Assembly: GCA_937966555.1 (NCBI GenBank)
Contig: CALCLY010000036.1
Span: forward strand, 122,116-186,115
Source of the DNA: an uncultured Clostridia bacterium
GTDB lineage: Bacteria > Bacillota > Clostridia > UMGS1883 > UMGS1540
Length of the DNA stretch: 64,000 bases
Direction of reading: 5' to 3'
Shown here: in pieces, positions 37,264 through 46,235 of the stretch
Numbering within the stretch: position 1 is the first letter of the stretch
Layout of the letters: every line of letters begins with the position of its first letter
The notes under the pieces: model-generated
Seen by the model: the letters and a program-made list of their open reading frames with translations, nothing else
Databases searched by the model: none
Told to the model about the DNA's origin: nothing
Made by a program: the position numbers and the translations under genes

Positions 37264-37653
37264 CTATGCCTTGTTTTTTGCCGCTCCGATTATGTATAAA
37301 ATCGGAACAATCAAACCCGAGGCATAACTCATGATATTGAATTTGCTGCCGACTACGTTTGACATAACGTTTCCGGCTACGCTGAGCAGAGCCACAATAA
37401 CGCCCATAACAAGGCACGCCTGTGCCTTTTCCGGCTTCTCGCAGTTTTTCACGCCCATAATCCCCGCTATCAGCTGGAACACGGCGCCGGCGAGAATAAG
37501 AACACTTGCAAGCGTCAGAGTACCCGTGCTTGTGTCAAGCAGCGCCGCCATTGTTGCCACACTGACAAGAGCGACAATACCTCCGATGATACCGAACGCG
37601 CTGCCGATAATCATCAGAATTCCCGTGACCTTCAAAAATTGCTTTCCTTTCAT
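37264..37653 (-). CDS. small multi-pass membrane protein (129 aa)
   Basis: Four hydrophobic segments. RBS AAAGGAGG. Confidence 0.5.
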   Translation of the reverse strand: MKGKQFLKVTGILMIIGSAFGIIGGIVALVSVATMAALLDTSTGTLTLASVLILAGAVFQLIAGIMGVKNCEKPEKAQACLVMGVIVALLSVAGNVMSNVVGSKFNIMSYASGLIVPILYIIGAAKNKA

Positions 37654-37712
37654 ACCGAACCTCCTTTAAAAAATATTTATATCTGTTTTTTCAAAAAGAT
37701 ATGACAAACGTG

Positions 37713-40700
37713 TTATTCCACCGTTACGACATCGCAGAGCGGCTGCATACCTTGGCTTTCGTGTCCCCAGAGCATAAGCTTGTAAACGTATCCGTCGCCG
37801 GGAGTGCCTTTTAAATAGTAATCCTCCCGATTAACATATTTTATAAGGTAATTTACAAGATTTCCGTTTGCGTCATACTTGGCGCTGTGAAGCCTTGCGC
37901 TGCTGTCAGGTGCAAAGCCGATTACGGTGTTAAGCTCTTTGTTGTAGCTGATAAAGGCTGCGTCCTCCGGCGCAATCAGCGCATACCATGCGTTCGGCAC
38001 ATCGCCGGGGTCTGACATGACATACGACAAATCGCTGCTGTTTTTTGCTCCTACGACTTTCATGGGAGAATATTCGCTTTGCGTAAACATCTGCGTAAAT
38101 GCCTTAAAGCTTGTGCCGTTGTAATTTCCCCAATAAATTTCCGTTATGCCGTAAGCAAGCATCGTTTTGCCGTCAAACGCGGTTTTGCAGTCCCTCACGC
38201 TCAGCTTTTCGGCAAGATTTTCGATTTTCGTGGCTTTTATGCCCTTGTCATACGTCAGCTTGCCCGCACCATTGATTGTGAGTGTTCCGCTGCCGTAAAA
38301 AGAAACCTTGCCTCCGCACAGAATACCCACGGCATCTATAGTGTCCGCTTCGATGATACTGTTTCCCATAAGCTCTATGTCAAGGTCGCCGTTTGCATAA
38401 ATTCCGACAGATTCCGCCGTGGCGTAAATCGGATGCGTATCAATATGCGCATTGTTCAGCGTCAGCTTTGCGGGAGACATTGATGTTTCCGGAGTAAAGC
38501 TTACCGCTCCTCCAAACAGCGCCTCGGCATTGTCCTGCGTGATGCTTTCGCCACCCACCGTTATTATAGGTTCGGCAAATACCGCATAAAGCGAAAGCCC
38601 CATAGGTACGAAAACCTCATCTCCCGGCAGATAATCCACCGTTTTGCCGTTTCTGTCGACAGTCCAGCCCAAAAAGCTGTATCCGTTTTTTATCGGACGA
38701 ACATTGGGCAGAATTACTTTATTATACATTTTCATCCGTATGGTTTTATACGGCTGGCTGCCGGCTTCTCTTTTATCGAACAGGAAGAGAACCGTGCTGC
38801 TCTGCATATCGCTTTTTGTAAACGAATTGACAGCAGACGGCTGATATCCGCACTTGGCGCAGGTTTTGCGATACAGCCCGTCTACGGTGTCGGTTGCTTC
38901 TCTTAAAAGCTCATATTTGTAGATGTGTTCTTCGTCCTTCTTGTACGTCACGGTATTTCCGCTCTCATCCTCGTAGCTGCAGCGGCTGCATATAAGGCTG
39001 TGGTTTGTACCGTCCTTCGGGGTGCACGAATCAAATATATGCCTTACAGAGTGACTGACAAGGTTGCCGTTTACCCCTTTTGTAACTTCTTCGCCGTTTA
39101 CCTTTACAACGCATCTGTATGTTTCGCTTTCCGGCATCCTGTTTGTTATGACAAATCCCGGCGTCTCATAGCCGACAAACATGCCGACGCCTACCCCATA
39201 ATCAACAAGCTGTTTTATGCTGATAAACGCCGAATCCTGTTTAAGCTGCCAGTCATATGTAACCGTTGCCCCCTCGGGCGCGCACACCTTGATGTGGAAT
39301 GCGGCGCTCCTGTCACACTCCGTAACAACCTTGTCTGTAAGGTTTTCGATAAAGGGCGCGGTTTCCGTTCTCCCGATATGCACCGGAAGATATTTGCTCT
39401 CGTCGCCCGACGTCACCGTCAGCGTAAAGCTTTTTTCCTCCGTTGCCGCGGACGGGTAAACGCCGGTGATATAACGATTGCCTGTGATTGAAAGCCCGTA
39501 AGCTGCAAATTCCGCATCGCCCGTCACCGTATAGCTGTCGGCACAGCTTATATAATTTTTCAAATCAACATTGATGGAAGATCCCGAAACACCTGCCGGA
39601 ATTTCGACGGGCTTCAGGTTATATACTTTAAACTCCGAAGCTTCCGCGCAAGTATATTCACGTCCGATGTATATGTCCCTTGAAGGCTTGGAAAGATGAT
39701 TCTCAACGGAGACATCGTTTATATACAGCTTTGTTTCCGCCGTAAACCAGGCGTCACCCGTGGCTTTTTCATAGGCGCCGTATTCGTATACGGTATTTTC
39801 GGTATATTCCTCCAATAAGCTGTATTCGGCTTCTCCCGCAAACAGCGCGTTTTGTGCCTCATTGTCCGAAATAATATTCCCGTCATCGTCTTCATAACTC
39901 TGCATTACGGTATACTCCGATGTTCCGAGAGGATAAAAAACGGGTTTTCTGCCCGGCATCGGCTCGATATTGTAAAGCCGCAGCTCTTTTATTATCGGCT
40001 TCCATTGCGCGTAGATTGTCGTATCCTTATTATATACCCTGCCGAGGTCAACCCGTTCGCCGCCTTCGGGCTCGGTATACCAACCCTCAAGATAAAACCC
40101 TTCTCTGTTGATAACGGTGTGGTCATAATGTAAACTCATAATCGTTCCGTCAATCCCCGTCTGCATCTCAAGCGTTGCGGCGCCGGCAGCGCCCACAAAG
40201 CTGCCGCCGTTTGTGTCAAGCGTTATCGTGTTTGGCTTCGGACTTTTGATTGTGTATTCGAACGTAACGCTCGGTTTGTTCACTCCCACGGTGCTTTTTC
40301 TTATCGCTCTCGGCGGCGCGCCGTCCGTCAGCAGTATCTGAGTATTCCGACTCATGCCGAAGCCTTCCTCAAAATCAAACGTCACCGTCAGCGTGCAGCG
40401 GGTTGTGTTTTTAAAACTCGTTGCATTGACATAGCTTTTTTTAATGGGGTCATATACCTTCCATTTAATCCCCCATATGCTGTAAGGTCTGCCGGCAGAC
40501 ACCTTTACCGCCTGCGTCAGCTCCTCTACCGAGCTGTTTGGCCCGGGCTGCTGCACGCCCATAAGCTCAAGCGAATCCAAATAATTCTTCCTAACTCCTT
40601 CGGTGCACAGATTTTTTGTTTTTATATACAGATACCCGGCATAATAGTCTATGTTTTCTTGCGGCACAGGCTCATCGTCAATATAAAACGCGGTACTGCT

Positions 40701-41033
40701 GTTTACCACATAATTTCCGTTTTTGATGATCACTTTAAAACGGTAATAATACTCTGTGCCGCTGTCAAACGGGTCATAATTTGAACTCAGCTTTGCATCG
40801 TCGCAAGCCCTGTACCACTTTCCCTCATCAATCTTTAATATCTCGTCGGAACCGGGACAGGTTAATTTAACAGGCGCTGCTTTGACGCCTTTCTTAATGC
40901 TTACCTCGCTCATCCCCTCAAACCTCACTTCGGGTATAACGGTTTGAGCCGCAAGCGTTGTCTGCGGCAAAACGCCCAAAAGCACTGCCGCGCAAAGAAC
41001 AGCCGAAAAAAGCCTGCCCTTTTTTATTTTCAT
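37713..41033 (-). CDS. large secreted protein (~1106 aa) with Listeria-Bacteroides-type repeats and His/Cys motifs shared with the upstream Cys-rich giant
   Basis: ATG at 41033 (AAGGAG RBS). Signal peptide MKIKKGRLFSAVLCAAVLLGVLPQTTLAAQT. GW-type repeats (EGFYLEGWYTEP, NGYSFLGWTVD). H..C..C motifs (TNHSLICSRC, CAKCGY). Confidence 0.6.
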   Translation of the reverse strand: MKIKKGRLFSAVLCAAVLLGVLPQTTLAAQTVIPEVRFEGMSEVSIKKGVKAAPVKLTCPGSDEILKIDEGKWYRACDDAKLSSNYDPFDSGTEYYYRFKVIIKNGNYVVNSSTAFYIDDEPVPQENIDYYAGYLYIKTKNLCTEGVRKNYLDSLELMGVQQPGPNSSVEELTQAVKVSAGRPYSIWGIKWKVYDPIKKSYVNATSFKNTTRCTLTVTFDFEEGFGMSRNTQILLTDGAPPRAIRKSTVGVNKPSVTFEYTIKSPKPNTITLDTNGGSFVGAAGAATLEMQTGIDGTIMSLHYDHTVINREGFYLEGWYTEPEGGERVDLGRVYNKDTTIYAQWKPIIKELRLYNIEPMPGRKPVFYPLGTSEYTVMQSYEDDDGNIISDNEAQNALFAGEAEYSLLEEYTENTVYEYGAYEKATGDAWFTAETKLYINDVSVENHLSKPSRDIYIGREYTCAEASEFKVYNLKPVEIPAGVSGSSINVDLKNYISCADSYTVTGDAEFAAYGLSITGNRYITGVYPSAATEEKSFTLTVTSGDESKYLPVHIGRTETAPFIENLTDKVVTECDRSAAFHIKVCAPEGATVTYDWQLKQDSAFISIKQLVDYGVGVGMFVGYETPGFVITNRMPESETYRCVVKVNGEEVTKGVNGNLVSHSVRHIFDSCTPKDGTNHSLICSRCSYEDESGNTVTYKKDEEHIYKYELLREATDTVDGLYRKTCAKCGYQPSAVNSFTKSDMQSSTVLFLFDKREAGSQPYKTIRMKMYNKVILPNVRPIKNGYSFLGWTVDRNGKTVDYLPGDEVFVPMGLSLYAVFAEPIITVGGESITQDNAEALFGGAVSFTPETSMSPAKLTLNNAHIDTHPIYATAESVGIYANGDLDIELMGNSIIEADTIDAVGILCGGKVSFYGSGTLTINGAGKLTYDKGIKATKIENLAEKLSVRDCKTAFDGKTMLAYGITEIYWGNYNGTSFKAFTQMFTQSEYSPMKVVGAKNSSDLSYVMSDPGDVPNAWYALIAPEDAAFISYNKELNTVIGFAPDSSARLHSAKYDANGNLVNYLIKYVNREDYYLKGTPGDGYVYKLMLWGHESQGMQPLCDVVTVE

Positions 41034-41154
41034 ACAATTCAGCTCCTTTTTTCTTTCGGCGCGCGGCAGCTGCCGCGCTCCTACTGCTTTTTTTATGATT
41101 GTTTCTCCGTCGGCCGGGCCGCAAAATGCCGTAAGCCCGACTTGCATATTGGTT

Positions 41155-44100
41155 TTATGAGCCTGTTATTTTCAGTCTTGCCGAAGGCAAAAGAGGTTTT
41201 ATGTTCTTGTCATAGTTAAACATAAACGCTCTTATCTCATCCGCATCCGAAATATTCAGCTCAAGGGTGCCGACGGAAGCGTCGAGTACCGGCATATCCA
41301 TTTGGCGGATAAATTCTCTTTTTATGTCAATCATCCGTCCGTTTTTGTAGCTTGCTATCCAAATATAGGCAGAGAGTCCGCCGTTGGAAGCGTGGATGCA
41401 ATACTCACCGTTTTTCTCGAACAGCTGCAAGACAGGTTTTTCGGTAAGCTTCGGAAGCGTTACATCCTCTTCGTAAAGGCATACGGAGCAGACATGATGG
41501 CCGATTCCTTCCTCGGTCAAAGTCGGTTTTTTGGGAAATACCATCTGATTGTAGCGGTGAGGAATCACGCGGAGCTTTTCGGAGCAGTCCGGACTCTCGC
41601 ATTCCAGCCAGTGACTTGTTTCGTCGTGCTCATATGAACTGTTGACAAAGGAACAGACATGCGTCAACGCTGCTATCGGCGCGGTTTGTTCGTTCCAGCA
41701 GCCGGCTTGCGAGCAGATGCGTTTCTTAAGGCCCGGCGCAGCTGCTGTCGGTGCCGTAACGGTCACCCAGTCGCTGTATGTATGGCGAACATAGGAGTTG
41801 TCGGAACGTCCGCAAGCTTCGTCGGAGCAAGTATTCCAGTGCGCAATGTTGTCATGCGCCACCACGGTGAAGCTGTGCGTATGCGGTGCGGAAAGCTTGG
41901 GAATGCTCTGCTTCTGCCTTGTTAAGCCGCAGTCGGCACAGTAATAGGTCTGCTCGCCCTCGGCGTCAACCGTAGGCTCCTTGGTGGTTTTCCAATAACC
42001 CGGTGTGTGCGACTGCAAATAAAATTCTTCGTAACAGTTTTTGCACAGTACCATATGTCTGTCTGTCCGACTGCCTGTATATGCCACACTATTTCTGTAC
42101 TCATAAGACGAGGTGTCATGCTGAGGAATAATGCGAATCGGATTGGACTGCGCCGTGCCGCCGTCGCCGGTAACAACGCAGACAAACATGAATTCATCCT
42201 CATATCGCAAAACCTCGCCGCACATGGCGTCATACAGCCCAACGGTCAGCGTATCGGTTTTTGTGCCCGCATGACCGTTTTCGGGGTGTTCCTCTATGTC
42301 GGGAACTTTATACAACTTAACATCTCCGTTGGCATCGTAATAAGCGTTGTACCACTGATAAGTAAGATTGTTGCCGCGCGCCTTGACCGAAAGCTTTACG
42401 AAGTTGTCGTCGCGTCCGTGTCTGTAGGTCGGCTTTATTTCGGCAGGCGACTGCCATGTGATGCGCACGGGGCGGATCCTTCCGCAGGCAACGCAGGAGT
42501 CGCCGTGGCGCCAGTCGTGTGCGCCGATATTCACGCGCTTGCCGCCGTCGGGGCAATCAGAATTGGAGCAGATCTTCCAATGCTGCGTTTCGTTCATCTG
42601 CCACTCATCCGTTTCGTGCGGCAGGTTGATAAAGAACCGCACGTCGCTGTTGTAGTATGCCTCATAATTTCCAAGCTCGTTATGTGCGCGCAGGATAAAT
42701 TCGTATCTGCCGCACTGACCGTACAAGTGCTTGAACAGACGTTGGCACTGCGGCTCCTGTAAATCCAAAATAACGCTGTCTTTGGTATAGGTTACCAGCT
42801 GCTGGGCATACATATTCCAAAACGGCGTGCTCTGCTGCGGATTTATCTTCATCCCCGTTTCGGGGTCGATAATCGACATCTTTACATTTTCGCCGCATAG
42901 CAGCGTATATGGAATTACCAGTTTTTCACCGAATATCGCCGTAAATTCGTCCGCAGCGTAATATTTTTCTTTGCCGTTGACATATGTAACGTAGTCCCAT
43001 TCAAGATCTTTGCCGCCGACCGTATCAATTGCCGGCGCGGCAATTTTCTTATAATAACAGTTCAAAGCGCCGCAGGCATAGGGGTTCTTCGAGAAATCGT
43101 GCGTTGTTTTTGTGCTGGCTTTTACATCGCCGCAAAGGCTGCATTGCCTCCAGTGATGCGTTGCGTTATACGCCAGCACTTCACTGCCTTCGCACGTTCC
43201 GTTTACGCAGGCGGACGAAACACTGCTTGTTTTTCTCAAAAAGTATCCGCAGTCAAGGCAGTTGGAATGTATGATTGCAATAGGTTTTCCGAAAACTTCG
43301 GAAAAGTTTTCACGAACCCATTCTCCGAATCTGTGTCTGTTTTGGTTCATCGCCATACCGCAAATGGTACAGGTCTGATAATGTCTGTTGACGTCCCCCT
43401 GTACATAGGTGCTTCCCGGCGTATGCGTATGTGCGCCGTGGGAGCATTTCGAGAAGCAGGTTCCGTGCGATGTGCAATAGTGGTCGACCCATTTCGGGTC
43501 GCTCGGACATATGTCGTTTCCGCAGGAGCAGGGCGTTGCCGCCTTGCAGCAGACAAGGCACTTGCCGCAGTATTGGCACATCTCGCCGGGCGCAAAGCAC
43601 TTATTGCACGTTTTGCAGAAATGCTTGCTCCAGCCCGAGGAGCCCGGGCAAACGTGTGTATGCGTGCATTGCTCCTCCTCGCGCATCTGATTGCAGCAGC
43701 CGGCACAGCCGCCGCAGATGTTACACAAAACCTCTACACAGCCGCCGTGTTCCTCGCAGTAATGGCTTCTCCATTCGCTTCCTTCTATACATATGCCGTG
43801 TTCGCAGCCCAGAAAATCTGCGTTGCTTAAACAGCAATTCAGACAGTAGCCGCAGTCAGGGCAAAACTCATTATCCTCAAAACAGTTGCCGCAGTTGCCG
43901 CAGCGGTGGGTATCCGCGTCCCACTCCGTGCTTTCAACGCATATGCCGTGGTCGCAGCCATTCCTCTGACTTTCGTTAAGGCAGCACTCTGCGCAAAGGC
44001 TGCAGTCATCACACATCTCATCTTCTTCAAAGCAGTTTTCGCAGGATTGGCAGCGGTGAGAATAATCGTCCCAGTCGCTGCTTTCCACGCATATATCGTG

Positions 44101-45129
44101 GTAGCAGCCGTTTTCTTCGCTGGTTCTGCGGCAGCATTCCTCGCATTTTTCGCATTCGTAGCAGAAATTTTCGCACGAGCTGCAGTAATCTCCGCAATCA
44201 GAGCAAAGTATGTAGCCTTCGTAGTTACACTGATTACAGTTTTCACAAATCCACTCCCAGCACTTGTCGCAGTGATCCCCGTCCTCGCAGCGTCTGCCAT
44301 ATTCTTCGGGGCAAGCGCCGCAGTTGGGGCAAATATCGCTCGGCTCCCAGTCGCAGCAAAAGCCGCAGCTGCCGCAGCTTTGGCAGATTCTGTCGTCTTT
44401 TTCGGCGCAATTTTCGCACATTTCGCAGGTATCGTGGTATTCATATGCACAGCTGTTACATTCCGTACAGTGATCATCCAGCCAGCAATCCCTACACCTA
44501 TCGCATTCCCGGCAGATGACGCCGTCCGTAACACAGTTGTTGCACTTTTCGCAACCTTTACAGAAATCGTCCTCCGATTTACATTGGTTGCAGGCTGACA
44601 AACAATCCTGGCAAACGATTTCCAGACAGCAGCCGAGAGTTGCGCGGCAGGTCTTGCACATATCCTCCTCCTCAAACCCTCCGCTCCCGTAAAGGCAGGT
44701 CAGACACTCGTCGCAGTACGGGCACATGGCGCCGTTCGTCCGGCGGCAGTCTTCGCATACATTACAGCCGCTGCAAATGTCTCTGCCGCATTCTCCGCAA
44801 TACCTGCAGTGGTCGTTTTCGCCGCATTCGATACAATTCCAGCATTCGGTGCAGTATTGGTTTTCGCTCAAATCGTTAAAGCATGCGCCGCAGCTGTGGC
44901 AATGAGTGATTTCAAAACAGTCGCTTCTGCAGTCCTCCGTACAGCGGCCGCAGTTTCCGCAGCAATAGCTGTCCCAATGATAGTGACCGCAGCTTCCGCA
45001 GTTCTGACCGTCGGAATAGTCTGCAAATGCCGTAAAGCTGAAAATGGCTGCTAAAAGGACAACGGCAAAAAGAATAACGGCAAAAAGAACAACGGCATGT
45101 TTCACATGATTTCTTTTCATAATCTTCAT
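41155..45129 (-). CDS. giant secreted cysteine-rich protein (~1324 aa): signal peptide, ~500-aa tandem CxxCxxC(xxC) array, then repeated HxWxxCxxxxC modules
   Basis: ATG at 45127-45129 (GAGAGG upstream). Signal peptide KRNHVKHAVVLFAVILFAVVLLAAIFSFTAFA|DYSDG. The N-terminal half is saturated with CxxCxxCxxC units (CTECWNCIEC, CPYCDECLTC, CKGCEKCNNC, CRECDRCRDC...) and ~50-aa repeats (NGCYHDICVESSDW..HRCQSCENC...). Later motifs include HHWRQCSLCG, HWKICSNSDC, AHWNTCSDEAC and SHWLECESPDC. Confidence 0.6.
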   Translation of the reverse strand: MKIMKRNHVKHAVVLFAVILFAVVLLAAIFSFTAFADYSDGQNCGSCGHYHWDSYCCGNCGRCTEDCRSDCFEITHCHSCGACFNDLSENQYCTECWNCIECGENDHCRYCGECGRDICSGCNVCEDCRRTNGAMCPYCDECLTCLYGSGGFEEEDMCKTCRATLGCCLEIVCQDCLSACNQCKSEDDFCKGCEKCNNCVTDGVICRECDRCRDCWLDDHCTECNSCAYEYHDTCEMCENCAEKDDRICQSCGSCGFCCDWEPSDICPNCGACPEEYGRRCEDGDHCDKCWEWICENCNQCNYEGYILCSDCGDYCSSCENFCYECEKCEECCRRTSEENGCYHDICVESSDWDDYSHRCQSCENCFEEDEMCDDCSLCAECCLNESQRNGCDHGICVESTEWDADTHRCGNCGNCFEDNEFCPDCGYCLNCCLSNADFLGCEHGICIEGSEWRSHYCEEHGGCVEVLCNICGGCAGCCNQMREEEQCTHTHVCPGSSGWSKHFCKTCNKCFAPGEMCQYCGKCLVCCKAATPCSCGNDICPSDPKWVDHYCTSHGTCFSKCSHGAHTHTPGSTYVQGDVNRHYQTCTICGMAMNQNRHRFGEWVRENFSEVFGKPIAIIHSNCLDCGYFLRKTSSVSSACVNGTCEGSEVLAYNATHHWRQCSLCGDVKASTKTTHDFSKNPYACGALNCYYKKIAAPAIDTVGGKDLEWDYVTYVNGKEKYYAADEFTAIFGEKLVIPYTLLCGENVKMSIIDPETGMKINPQQSTPFWNMYAQQLVTYTKDSVILDLQEPQCQRLFKHLYGQCGRYEFILRAHNELGNYEAYYNSDVRFFINLPHETDEWQMNETQHWKICSNSDCPDGGKRVNIGAHDWRHGDSCVACGRIRPVRITWQSPAEIKPTYRHGRDDNFVKLSVKARGNNLTYQWYNAYYDANGDVKLYKVPDIEEHPENGHAGTKTDTLTVGLYDAMCGEVLRYEDEFMFVCVVTGDGGTAQSNPIRIIPQHDTSSYEYRNSVAYTGSRTDRHMVLCKNCYEEFYLQSHTPGYWKTTKEPTVDAEGEQTYYCADCGLTRQKQSIPKLSAPHTHSFTVVAHDNIAHWNTCSDEACGRSDNSYVRHTYSDWVTVTAPTAAAPGLKKRICSQAGCWNEQTAPIAALTHVCSFVNSSYEHDETSHWLECESPDCSEKLRVIPHRYNQMVFPKKPTLTEEGIGHHVCSVCLYEEDVTLPKLTEKPVLQLFEKNGEYCIHASNGGLSAYIWIASYKNGRMIDIKREFIRQMDMPVLDASVGTLELNISDADEIRAFMFNYDKNIKPLLPSARLKITGS

Positions 45130-45131
45130 AA

Positions 45132-45419
45132 TCAAATCGCCTCTCTTTCATGAATTTGCTTTGCTCCGCACATGGGGCAATACTCCGCATCATTAGGGAG
45201 AACATTTTCACATTTGGTGCAGCAACGATGCTTTGCTCTGTAAATATCAAAAACTGTTTCCTCCGGCAGTTTTGTCTGACAAACTTTGCAAAACTTGTTT
45301 TTTGCAGCCTGCGCATTTCCGCAGCACGGGCAGATTTTAAACCTTTTCATATTTTGGGTGCCAAAACCGAAATGCTCCAAAACATCTTTTCTTAACGGTC
45401 TATATCTCGTCACTCTCAT
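45132..45419 (-). CDS. double zinc-ribbon protein (~95-107 aa)
   Basis: CPCCGN...CKVCQ and CTKCEN...CPMCGA. The start is probably the ATG at 45419 (GGAGGAG 5 nt upstream). The stop lies 2 nt from the start of the giant gene. Confidence 0.45.
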   Translation of the reverse strand: MRVTRYRPLRKDVLEHFGFGTQNMKRFKICPCCGNAQAAKNKFCKVCQTKLPEETVFDIYRAKHRCCTKCENVLPNDAEYCPMCGAKQIHEREAI

Positions 45420-45783
45420 CAGCTCCTCCATATAATAGTTTTTTGCCGCATACAAAGCAAATTATATCTCCGTTTTTTGCTTTTGCGCCGCAGTGCTTGC
45501 AATACTTTGCTTCTTCCTCAAGAGGAGCACAATTCACGCACATAAGCATATCCGGATTATATACAATCGAATCAACCCATCTGCCGCACAAGTGGCATAA
45601 ATTAAAATTTTTCTTGCCCTCCGCTTCCCATGCCGCCGAAAGCTCTGCCTCGAAATCGTCTGCATAATACTTTCCTGTGGTACAGACAAGCTTTCCCGAC
45701 AATTCACAGAAAAAGCTGTAACGGTTTCCGCCATGTGACGGAATAATTTTGTATGCAGCCGTTTTATGCTTCTCATTTATCAT
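45400..45783 (-). CDS. zinc-ribbon protein (~127 aa from Met at 45783; longer TTG-initiated ORF to 45873 possible)
   Basis: CHLCGRW...CVNCAP and CKHCGA...CFVCGK. The RBS GAGGAGG lies 8 nt upstream of ATG 45783. Confidence 0.45.
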   Translation of the reverse strand: MINEKHKTAAYKIIPSHGGNRYSFFCELSGKLVCTTGKYYADDFEAELSAAWEAEGKKNFNLCHLCGRWVDSIVYNPDMLMCVNCAPLEEEAKYCKHCGAKAKNGDIICFVCGKKLLYGGADESDEI

Positions 45784-46087
45784 ACGCCTCGCCTCCTCTC
45801 TGAAAAACTTATAAACCCGTTTCTTTTGCACAAACCTACGCAAATTATCCGCAAGCCGTTGACTAATTGCCAAAAATGTGATATACTTGTGATGGATAAA
45901 TCTGCTAAAAAGGAACCCGTCTTTTTATTTAAGAAACTGCGATTACTTTATAATAGGTTGAAACACATACGTAAAAGAACGCCTCTTTATCTTTTTTTTG
46001 CAGATAATTCTTTCCGGTGCTGCAAATTGTTGTTTTTACATGTTTTCATTATACATAAAAATATCTTTTTGTCCCCATACTTTTTGC

Positions 46088-46158
46088 CAAAAGTATAGGA
46101 TGAATTTCAAAAAAATCAGGTTTTTTTAAAAAAGTAGGGGGAAAAGTATAGGAGAATT
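46088..46158 (+). promoter_or_regulatory. two direct repeats AAAGTATAGGA(T/G)GAAT spaced 52 bp apart upstream of the solute-binding-protein gene; candidate regulator binding sites
   Basis: caaaagtataggatgaat at 46088-46106 and gaaaagtataggagaatt at 46141-46158. Confidence 0.35.
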
Positions 46159-46235
46159 ACATTTATTGGTAATTTTTTGATGTAAAACCGAAGGACAGAA
46201 AAAATCATTAAAACATATTACGGAGGAATTTTTGT

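Noticed and set aside
41302-44879. Many 60-250-aa ORFs on both strands inside the Cys-rich giant gene (for example 43099-43830, 43839-44675, 43906-44598)
   Set aside because: They are shadow ORFs created by GC-rich, repetitive TG[CT]/GCA-type codon runs. Their translations are Ala/Arg-rich low-complexity with no start context, and all lie inside a single continuous long ORF.
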